A stretch of DNA of 64,000 nt from Microcoleus sp. (GTDB lineage: Bacteria > Cyanobacteriota > Cyanobacteriia > Cyanobacteriales > Microcoleaceae), in NCBI GenBank assembly GCA_052279835.1, contig CP181291.1:3264001-3328000 (forward strand), read 5' to 3'. Made by a program: the position numbers and the translations under genes. This document shows positions 1 to 8,090 of this stretch, one piece after another. The notes beneath the pieces are model-generated. The model ran no database searches. It was not told where the DNA came from and saw only the letters and a program-made list of their open reading frames with translations. Every line of letters begins with the position of its first letter. Position 1 is the first letter of the stretch.

Positions 1-731
1 TTAGAAAATCCGATCGTGGCACCAATCATGCCTAGTGTAAATAGGATTATGTACCACCAATGGGCGATGCGAAAACCAATTACAGCACCAAATATACTCG
101 CCACAACTAAGACAGGTATGATGCCAAAGCGTCGCCATACAGGTAGTAGTAAAAATGCAAACACGAAATAGATTTGCCATTCTAGTGCTACACTCCACAT
201 GGGGGGATTGATCAGGAAGACCCATTGACCCTTGAGGTTATGAAGCAGCAATAAGTGTGATAAGATGCCATCTAGAGTGAAAGCAGGTTGTCCAGAATTC
301 CAATGCCATCCTGTAGCAGACATTAAAGTTGCTGGTACTAAAGCTGACAACAGCAAGGAAAAGAAAAGGGCTGCGTAATAAGGAGGTAAAATTCTTCGGG
401 CGCGTCGCTTGATGTAATTAACAACTCCACCTCGCAGTTTACCATCGCTAGATTTAGCAACAGGTAACATTAAACAATAGCCAGAAAGCACAATGAAGAT
501 GGCAACACTGGATGCTCCATGAGACATGAAGACTTCTATTATTGAGTTCAACAAGTAAGGGAATTTTATTATTCCTGATTTGGTGTTAATGACATCAAGA
601 TAAATGTGAAACCAGACTACGTAGAGAGCTGCAATCCCCCGCATTCCATCTAAAAATTCAAGCCGAATTCTTGTAGATTTGGCGGGATTTAATTGTTCTG
701 CTGAGGATTGAGATAATTCAATTCTAGACAT
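1..731 (-). CDS. Acyltransferase family 3 (OafA-like) membrane O-acyltransferase, runs off the left window edge
   Basis: Not in the ORF track. Manual translation from ATG at 731 gives MSRIELSQ...EFLDGMRGIAALYVVWFH...FIVLSGY...RRARRILPPY...PMWSVALEWQIY, the typical AT3 motifs. Confidence 0.85.
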   Translation of the reverse strand, partial: MSRIELSQSSAEQLNPAKSTRIRLEFLDGMRGIAALYVVWFHIYLDVINTKSGIIKFPYLLNSIIEVFMSHGASSVAIFIVLSGYCLMLPVAKSSDGKLRGGVVNYIKRRARRILPPYYAALFFSLLLSALVPATLMSATGWHWNSGQPAFTLDGILSHLLLLHNLKGQWVFLINPPMWSVALEWQIYFVFAFLLLPVWRRFGIIPVLVVASIFGAVIGFRIAHWWYIILFTLGMIGATIGFS

Positions 732-745
732 GAAACTCCGTAATA

Positions 746-1267
746 TTATTCAGAGAAAGTGCGATCGCTATTGGAAGGGGGGTCGATTTTTTTGACAACT
801 CTCGCAGGTATTCCCGCCACAATACTATAAGGCTCTACGTCTTTATTCACTAGGGAACCAGCAGCTACTACTGAATGCTCTCCTATGATGCAAGGACCAA
901 TCACCGTCACATTACTAGCCAGCCAAGCTCCTTCTTTGATGATGACATCTCTGCCAAAGCCTGGAACAGTGATTTGTCTTTCACGACCAAACTTGTTATA
1001 ATCATGGGTTCCTGTTAAAACTGAAACATTCAGTCCAAAAAATACATATTCTCCTATTTTGATGTCGCCGGAGATTGTATTAAAAGTAGCATTGTTAATC
1101 ACCGCAGTTTCTGCTATTTGCAAACGGTCTTCATTCCCGTAAAGCAAGTATTTGAATAGAAAGCGGGTTTCCATGTATCTGTCGATCGCCAAATTTCCTA
1201 TTTTGGAAAATAACTTATCGTAAATTTTAATTACCAGCAGCTTAATTTTTTTTTTGATCATTGTCAA
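746..1267 (-). CDS. Hexapeptide-repeat (LbH) O-acetyltransferase, maltose/galactoside acetyltransferase-like
   Basis: IGEYVFFG, THD, VIIKEGAWLASNVTV, IGEHSVVAAGSLVNKDV, AGIPARVVK. Confidence 0.85.
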   Translation of the reverse strand: MTMIKKKIKLLVIKIYDKLFSKIGNLAIDRYMETRFLFKYLLYGNEDRLQIAETAVINNATFNTISGDIKIGEYVFFGLNVSVLTGTHDYNKFGRERQITVPGFGRDVIIKEGAWLASNVTVIGPCIIGEHSVVAAGSLVNKDVEPYSIVAGIPARVVKKIDPPSNSDRTFSE

Positions 1268-1421
1268 ACTCCTTATTTACTCTTAGATTTCTCCCAAAAC
1301 AACGAGTTTTTGGCTGGCTCGATGCCAAACCAAAGCAAAATTTCGGGGAAGTCTCACCACATTTACGCTTCTTTCAAATTCTAGTTGAAAGTGGGGGAAT
1401 AATCTCTAATTTATGATTTTT

Positions 1422-1916
1422 TCAAATTGTAGTTGCAGGGGGGGGAATAATTTCTAAACCGTAGTTTGGCGCCAGGGCCAAAACTTTTTCGAGATCTGCG
1501 GGGGAAACGGGAGGTGGTAGCACCGACTGTTGTGTCGCTATGGTACCTACTTCGACAAAAAATTTCTCTAATCCTGCTGGTGTCACCCAACACAGCATTT
1601 TTGCGGGAAGGGAGCCGATATTTGTAAATCTGTGAAGTTGTCCTTTGGGAGAATGAAGGAAAGTTCCAGCAGTGGCGACGATTATTTGTCGATCGAGTTC
1701 AAACTCAAACTCTCCTTCTTGAATATAAAATGCTTCGTCTTCCTGGGTGTGAATATGTGGTGGCGTGCCACTGTGGGGTTGTACCAAAATCTCGACGAGG
1801 GCATAAGCTTGAGCTGTCTCTTCACCCACCGCTTTAAATGTATATAAATCTCCGAGTACCCAGTAGGATGCACCTTGACCGGGTGTCTTAAATATGCCGT
1901 CAGTTTTGACTGTCAT
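1422..1916 (-). CDS. Cupin domain protein (quercetin 2,3-dioxygenase-like)
   Basis: PPHIHTQEDEAFYI...PKGQLHRF cupin metal motifs. Confidence 0.85.
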   Translation of the reverse strand: MTVKTDGIFKTPGQGASYWVLGDLYTFKAVGEETAQAYALVEILVQPHSGTPPHIHTQEDEAFYIQEGEFEFELDRQIIVATAGTFLHSPKGQLHRFTNIGSLPAKMLCWVTPAGLEKFFVEVGTIATQQSVLPPPVSPADLEKVLALAPNYGLEIIPPPATTI

Positions 1917-2062
1917 AGACCCACCTTTCTTGGAATTAACGGGCGTTAGCTATGGGCGATTCGTTACCAGGGATTGAGGATGGGAAATACGAGGTATCTA
2001 CCTGTGATCTCATCCCCAGAATCTCCAATTAGGGAATTTTACCAAAACATGACAACAGAGAG

Positions 2063-3079
2063 TTAATCTGTTGATTTTTCTAAACTTTGAACTGATTCAA
2101 TCAAATCTCGGATGGTGTTAGTACCTTCTGAACTCTCAAAGGATAAGGGGAATTTGCCGCGAGCGATCATTCTTAAACCCAAGGGGCCGAGACTTAATAA
2201 ACCTTGGACATCGCGGAAGTAGTTTCCTACTACTTCGATGCCAAATTTACGCTCGTCTATCCAGCCACCTTCTTTGACTAGATTGATTAAGACTTTGCGG
2301 TGGCGAATCGATCGACTGGCTTGGTCATCTTTGCGATCGAGAATCTCTTGTTTAATCTTACCAATTTGATCCATCGGCGCAACTTCCATTGGGCAAACCG
2401 AGTTGCAGTAGTAACAACGGGTACATCCCCAAACGCCTTCGGTGCCTTGGTTATATTTTTCCAGGCGATTTTCTGTATCGCTATCGCGGGAGTCGGCGAT
2501 GGTGCGATAAGCTTTGGCTAGGGCGTGGGGCCCGACAAATTCTGGGTTGACTTCGCGGGCGTTGCACTCAGAATAGCACGCGCCACAGAGGATGCAATTG
2601 CCTGTTTGGTCGAGTTTCGATCGCTCTTCTGGTGTTTGCAGAAATTCGCGTTCTGGCACTGCTCGCCCGGAAGTGCTGACATAGGGGTCAACGGCTTCCA
2701 GGTTGTCCCAAAAACTGGTCATATCGACGACCAAATCTTTGATTACGGGCATATTTCCCATGGGGGCGATCGTAATTTCTGGGATGAAATCAGTGGGTTT
2801 TTCTGCCGAACTGAAATTAGCTATTTTGTCAAGTCTTGCGAGTTCGCTGCCAACATTTTCTTTGCAAGCTAATGCCGATCGACCATTAATCCGCATGGAA
2901 CAACTACCACAAATTGTGTTACGGCAATTTTTGCGGTAGGCTAAGGTGCCATCCTGTTCCCACTTAATGCTGTTGAGGCAGTCGAGGATAGTATTGCTTT
3001 CTTCTACCTCTAGGGTGTAAGTATGAACGCGGGGAGGCTCGTTTTGATTTTGGCGAACTACATTAAAACGGACTTGCAT
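2063..3079 (-). CDS. sdhB: Succinate dehydrogenase/fumarate reductase iron-sulfur subunit
   Basis: CRNTICGSC, CILCGACYSEC and CTRCYYCNSVCP cluster motifs. Confidence 0.93.
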   Translation of the reverse strand: MQVRFNVVRQNQNEPPRVHTYTLEVEESNTILDCLNSIKWEQDGTLAYRKNCRNTICGSCSMRINGRSALACKENVGSELARLDKIANFSSAEKPTDFIPEITIAPMGNMPVIKDLVVDMTSFWDNLEAVDPYVSTSGRAVPEREFLQTPEERSKLDQTGNCILCGACYSECNAREVNPEFVGPHALAKAYRTIADSRDSDTENRLEKYNQGTEGVWGCTRCYYCNSVCPMEVAPMDQIGKIKQEILDRKDDQASRSIRHRKVLINLVKEGGWIDERKFGIEVVGNYFRDVQGLLSLGPLGLRMIARGKFPLSFESSEGTNTIRDLIESVQSLEKSTD

Positions 3080-3398
3080 AGTTTCGGCTAGGAAGTTTTC
3101 GTATATTTTAAGCTGAAATTTTTGGTTATTTAAAAAGCTATTAATTATTTAATATGTAAGTATTTATCAAAAACCGCCGTAAATTCCGCACAGCCTTGGT
3201 CAATTTATGGGGGTTTTTTAGGCGATCGCACTGATTTTAACAGAGAGAGCGATCGGCTAATATGGGAACTTGGTTGAGCTTGCAATGTTGGTGCGTCCGC
3301 GGCCCTAGACACTTAGAAAAACCTAGCATCCTGACCACAAGCCCCTGGATTCATCTGTAGGTTCAATCTCAAATCTCAAATCTAAAATCTAAAATTCG

Positions 3399-4130
3399 AT
3401 GACTTACAGCTTGAGAATTGTCGATTTACCGACAAGTGAACGGCCGCGGGAGCGCTTGATGGCTAGTGGCCCAAAAAGTTTGGCGACTGCGGAACTGATT
3501 GCGATTCTGCTCGGTACTGGGCAGGGAAAGGGCAAGCTTTCGGCTGTGGGGTTGGGACAATATATTTTAAATCAGTTGAGCCAGCACCAACGAGACCCTC
3601 TGGCTGTGCTGCGGGATATTAGCGTGCAGGAGTTGACCCAGATTCACGGGATTGGTCCTGCTAAGGCGACGGGGATTTTGGCTGCGGTAGAATTGGGTAA
3701 GCGGGTGTTTCAGTCGCGGCCACCGGATTTGGCAATTGTTGACTCTCCCCAATCGGCTGCGGCTGCTCTGAGTCAGGATTTGATGTGGCAGTCTCAGGAA
3801 CGTTTTGCTGTGGTGTTGCTGGATGTAAAAAATCGGCTGCTGGGAACTCAGGTAATTACCATCGGCACTGCGACGGAGACTTTGGCTCACCCTAGGGATA
3901 TTTTTCGGGAGGTAATCCGTCAAGGGGCCACCAGGGCGATTATTTCCCACAATCATCCATCGGGAAATCTGGAACCAAGCCCGGAGGATATTGCTTTGAC
4001 ACGACAGTTGCTGGCTGGCGCCCAGTTTTTGTGTATTCCCTTGTTAGATCATTTGATTTTGGGAAATGGCGATTTTCGGAGCTTACGACAGACTACAACT
4101 CTTTGGGACGAGTATCCCCAGGGAGATTGA
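3399..4130 (+). CDS. radC: RadC/JAB domain protein
   Basis: ERPRERL, GIGPAKA HhH, HPRDIF, HNHPSG...PSPED, LLDH. Confidence 0.95.
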   Translation: MTYSLRIVDLPTSERPRERLMASGPKSLATAELIAILLGTGQGKGKLSAVGLGQYILNQLSQHQRDPLAVLRDISVQELTQIHGIGPAKATGILAAVELGKRVFQSRPPDLAIVDSPQSAAAALSQDLMWQSQERFAVVLLDVKNRLLGTQVITIGTATETLAHPRDIFREVIRQGATRAIISHNHPSGNLEPSPEDIALTRQLLAGAQFLCIPLLDHLILGNGDFRSLRQTTTLWDEYPQGD

Positions 4131-4447
4131 CATCTTCTACTTAACTAACTCCATCACTATCATTAGTTATTTGTATATTTGGGTGATTCAATGGCTGAAT
4201 CACCGATTACAGAAGGCAAATTTTGTGGCTCGATCGCTCTGGGGCAGAGTGTTTGGTCTGAATGTCGCTACTGATACTCCGTGGAGAACACAACTCGGTT
4301 AATCTAGTAATGGTGGGCTGAAGAGATCGCTAATTTGATTTTTTTCTAGCATACTGAACGTATACTGTACCAGCACCTAGGGGCCCAATTCTTAAGAAAT
4401 TATGAAATTGGGTATAAAATAAACGGCGTGGTGATAGGAGAAAAACT

Positions 4448-4792
4448 GTGTTTCTGAGACTTGCAGAACAACACCGTAAATTCGTCCAAGATTTGGTAAT
4501 GAACCTCCAAGCTTTAGCGATCGTGCTAGAGCATCGGGGTTATCTGGCATCCTGCTACACTTGCGGGGGTCAGATGAACAGTGCCTCATTTATGGTCAGT
4601 TTGACGGATAATCATCTGATTCGATTTTTAGTGTCAGATTATGGTATCACTTGGACTGAGATGCGGGACGATCGGGAACTGATGAAACTAGAAGGTGCAG
4701 AAGCGATTAGTCAGTTACAAGAACTGGCAAACCTCGTCAAGTACCATATCCAACCTTCGGAAGCTACTTTGGCTACGGCCCAACGAGTCTAG
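4448..4792 (+). CDS. Conserved cyanobacterial protein (DUF1815 family)
   Basis: GTG start; MFLRLAEQHRKFVQDLVMNLQALA...ASCYTCG recognised as DUF1815-like. Confidence 0.8.
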   Translation: MFLRLAEQHRKFVQDLVMNLQALAIVLEHRGYLASCYTCGGQMNSASFMVSLTDNHLIRFLVSDYGITWTEMRDDRELMKLEGAEAISQLQELANLVKYHIQPSEATLATAQRV

Positions 4793-5164
4793 CGATGGCT
4801 TTTATCCGAAGGAGCCGACAGCGAAAGTCTATGCTTCCCTGCTGCCAACCACTCCCCAGGGAGTATGTTGAGAAGGCCAGAAGTTGCGGAGCGATCGCAA
4901 CTCTACTGACAAGAGTCCTTTGAGTGACTTCTAACTAAGTGGTTTGAGACTCTCAGTCTAGCCCTAGAGAAGCTTTTCTCGGCACCAGCAGACGGTATAG
5001 TTAATGCCATTGCGTCTAATGGTCGGGACTGCCAGTTTTTTTGGCATCGATCGAAGGAAAAATTCGAGGGTAGCGAGCAGCAAGCAAAATAACTCAACAT
5101 TTGTGGTAAAACCTTTACAAATCTCTTGATGGTATGCTATGTTTATACTATAGGGGTCAAATTT

Positions 5165-5366
5165 ATGTTGAAGCAAAAAGTTGTTCGTGTTACAGCCACG
5201 CCCGTTTGAACTTGAAGATGGGTCAATATTCCCTCATGCAGTTGAGTTGGAAGATGTGCCTAGTCCAGAAGAGTTTCAGAAGTTCTATGACCATTGGTTT
5301 TCTATCTTTGAGGATTTAGCCAATGGAGAAACTTCTGACGATCGGACAAGTTGCCAAGCAGCTTAA
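5165..5366 (+). pseudogene. Small acidic passenger ORF of the IS607, probably frameshifted near 5200
   Basis: ATG 5165 reads MLKQKVVRVTAT, then a +1 shift continues FELEDGSIFPHAVELEDVPSPEEFQKFYDHW; overlaps the tnpA start. Confidence 0.45.
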
Positions 5367-5928
5367 TGTTACAGTTAAGACTCTGAGGCTGTGGGATGAA
5401 GAAGCTAAATTATCTGCCCTACGGACTCCTGGTAAACATAGAATGTATCGAGAGTCCGATATTGCAAAGTTTATAGGCACTTATATAGAAGATAAATCAG
5501 TTGAGTTACCAGTCTGTGTTTACTGTAGAGTTAGTAGCCATGACCAGAAGCAAAAAGGTGATTTAGAGCGTCAGCAAGGCAGAGTTTTAAATTACTGCGC
5601 CAATCAAGGTTACAAGGTTGAATATTCATTGGCAGAAGTTGCTTCTGGTATGTCTGATACTAGAGCTAAGTTGCATAAATTGTTCCGGCTTGCGATTGAT
5701 AAGAAGATTTCCAAACTAATCATTGAACATCGAGATAGACTGTGCAGATTTAACTTTGAAATATTTAAGTTATTTTTCGAGACTCATGGTGTTGAAGTTG
5801 AATATATGGAAGAGACTTTACCTAAAACATATGAAGCTGAGTTAGTAGAAGATATGCTGTCACTAATGTCTTCTTTCTCAGCTAGGATTTACGGCAAACG
5901 TTCTGCAGAACGAAGGAAGAAGAAATGA
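5323..5928 (+). CDS. tnpA: IS607 serine-recombinase transposase TnpA
   Basis: MerR-type HTH (LTIGQVAKQLNVTVKTLRLWD), YCRVSS catalytic Ser, DLERQ, HRDRL, FSARIYG. Confidence 0.95.
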   Translation: MEKLLTIGQVAKQLNVTVKTLRLWDEEAKLSALRTPGKHRMYRESDIAKFIGTYIEDKSVELPVCVYCRVSSHDQKQKGDLERQQGRVLNYCANQGYKVEYSLAEVASGMSDTRAKLHKLFRLAIDKKISKLIIEHRDRLCRFNFEIFKLFFETHGVEVEYMEETLPKTYEAELVEDMLSLMSSFSARIYGKRSAERRKKK

Positions 5929-7163
5929 TTTTAGTAGAGAGACACATCATTAAACAATCCCATCAGCATTGGCAGTCCATAGATCGACTATCTTTCTTAT
6001 CTAAGAATCTCTACAATGCAGCTAATTACATCTGTCGTCAATACTTCTTTGCTAGTAGTAAGAAATATAGTCTCACCGACTTATATCATCTGATTAAAAA
6101 TTCAGTTGACTATCGTGCATTACCGACTAAAGTTAGCAAACAAATCATTAAGCGTCTGGTTTCTACTTGGACAGGTTACTTTGAAGCTTACAAAGAATGG
6201 CAGCGGCATCCGGGTAAGTTCTTAGGTAAACCCAAAATACCAAGATATAAGGATAAAATCAAAGGACGCAATCTAGTTATTTACCACCATGAGTCAGTTT
6301 ACAAAGCGGAACTTAAGAAAGGAATCTGCCATTTATCGATGAGTGAGATTAAGATTCCCACTAAAGTAGATAACATTGTGGAAGTGAGATTAGTACCTCG
6401 TGCCACTTGTTATATAGTAGAAATAGTCTATTACAAGCAGGAGCAACAACGAGAGTCTAGTCATTATGTGGCTGGTATTGACCTGGGCTTAACTAACTTA
6501 GTAGCCCTAACTTCAAACCAACCAGGTTTCAGACCTATTCTGATTAATGGACGACCGCTCAAGTCGGTAAACCAATTTTATAACAAGACTAAAGCTCAAT
6601 TACAAACTCAATTAGAAGGGGAGCGTAAAACAAGTAAGAGAATTCAATCTCTGACTGCCTATCGCCATCGCTATGTTGACAATTATCTGCACAATACAAG
6701 CCGAGGAATTGTCAATCTACTACAAGAGTCAGAGATTGGTATCTTAGTAATTGGTAAGAATGAAAACTGGAAACAGAATGTGAATATAGGTAAAATAAAT
6801 AATCAGTCATTCACACAGATTCCCCATGCAAGATTAATTGACCAAATTACATATAAATGTCAATTAGCAGGAATCAAAGTCGTAGTCACTGAAGAATCTT
6901 ATACCTCAAAGACGAGTGCTTTAGATTTAGAAACACCCCGCAAACACAATACCTACCTGGGTAAACGTGTCAAGAGAGGCTTGTTTCGCTCTCAGTCAGG
7001 AGTCAAACTCAATGCTGACGTTAATGGTTCCTTACAAATCACTAGAAAAGTATTCCCTAATGCCTATACAGTAGAAGGGATAGCGAGTGCAGCCGTTGCA
7101 CCTTTAAAGGTAACACCTTTATTAAGTGTCAAGAGTGAGCAAATGAAGATTTGTTCATTTTAA
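5925..7163 (+). CDS. tnpB: RNA-guided endonuclease TnpB (IS607 type)
   Basis: SKNLYNAA, GIDLG, VIGKNENWKQ, EESYTSK, NADVNGS. Confidence 0.93.
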   Translation: MILVERHIIKQSHQHWQSIDRLSFLSKNLYNAANYICRQYFFASSKKYSLTDLYHLIKNSVDYRALPTKVSKQIIKRLVSTWTGYFEAYKEWQRHPGKFLGKPKIPRYKDKIKGRNLVIYHHESVYKAELKKGICHLSMSEIKIPTKVDNIVEVRLVPRATCYIVEIVYYKQEQQRESSHYVAGIDLGLTNLVALTSNQPGFRPILINGRPLKSVNQFYNKTKAQLQTQLEGERKTSKRIQSLTAYRHRYVDNYLHNTSRGIVNLLQESEIGILVIGKNENWKQNVNIGKINNQSFTQIPHARLIDQITYKCQLAGIKVVVTEESYTSKTSALDLETPRKHNTYLGKRVKRGLFRSQSGVKLNADVNGSLQITRKVFPNAYTVEGIASAAVAPLKVTPLLSVKSEQMKICSF

Positions 7164-7440
7164 CACGAACGGTATGTTAAATGGGTGAACTGCGTTGATT
7201 TTTGCCCTTTGATTTAGTCTATAAGACTAACAATTAATTTGAAGCAGCAGCAATGCTGTCGAAATCTCACAGCCGGCCTTAGCCGGCTAAGTTTTGTTTA
7301 AATGTATGTTTTCAGTTGGTTTCTATAATTTCCAATTGGTGTTGATTAAAGTTGACGATCGCCCTGGCAACCATAATATTTTATAATGTATTTAAAATTG
7401 CTCCGAAAAAATCGACCGGGAAGTTGAGAGTCAGAATCAA

Positions 7441-7920
7441 ATGGTAAATTTAAGCGAAATTCTAGAGCCTATAGCCAGTCAATTCCGCAGCCTGGGAATT
7501 CCCGAACCGATTACCCATTGGGGACACCCAGTCATGATGGGCATCGTGGTGGTAGCGATGGGCAGTTTTGTGGGTTATACAGGATGGCAAGGACGTTTGG
7601 CCACCGATAAAGACGTGGCAATCAAAAGTCGCTCCGATCACCGCAAACTTGCTCCCTGGATGTTTTTGTTCATCGCTTTGGGCTACACTGGCGGCTTGTT
7701 GTCTCTGGTGATGCAACACCAACCAGTCATGGAAAGTCCTCATTTTTGGACTGGTTCGACAATCATTGTATTGTTGACTGTTAATAGTTTGATTTCCCTA
7801 ACAGGTTTTGGCGGCGACAAGCTGGCACTGCGCGCTGTTCACGCTTATTTGGGCACGACAGCCCTGGCACTGATGGTACTCCACGCGGCTTTCGGTTTAA
7901 AATTGGGTTTGTCTATTTAA
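7441..7920 (+). CDS. DUF4079 membrane protein (cytochrome b561-like His pattern)
   Basis: HWGHPVMM, SPHFWTG, HAYLG; four hydrophobic helices. Confidence 0.8.
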   Translation: MVNLSEILEPIASQFRSLGIPEPITHWGHPVMMGIVVVAMGSFVGYTGWQGRLATDKDVAIKSRSDHRKLAPWMFLFIALGYTGGLLSLVMQHQPVMESPHFWTGSTIIVLLTVNSLISLTGFGGDKLALRAVHAYLGTTALALMVLHAAFGLKLGLSI

Positions 7921-8090
7921 GAAAGTGGCGGGGGAACTCCGTCACTCAAAAAAGCCTTTGCAAAAAAGGAAAAAGAAGCCTGCGGTCTAACTGTACTCAG
8001 TTGACCTTCAGGTTTGTTCACGAGCATACCCACATCCCTGACTTCTGCGGTGAAGTCGGGGATATAATAGCTATGGTGTTTTAGGTTTAG

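Larger units (their letters stand above)
5131..7172 (+). mobile_element. IS607-family element (small passenger ORF, tnpA, tnpB)
   Basis: tnpA and tnpB overlap by ATGA. GGTATG occurs at 5131-5136 and 7171-7176, consistent with the GG core of IS607 junctions; ends are inferred. Confidence 0.75.

Noticed and set aside
4793..5030. Group I intron making the IS607 an IStron
   Set aside because: GAGACT and TATAGT loosely recall the R/S motifs, but P7 pairing is imperfect, no P3-P6 core is recognisable and the region lies outside the inferred IS end.
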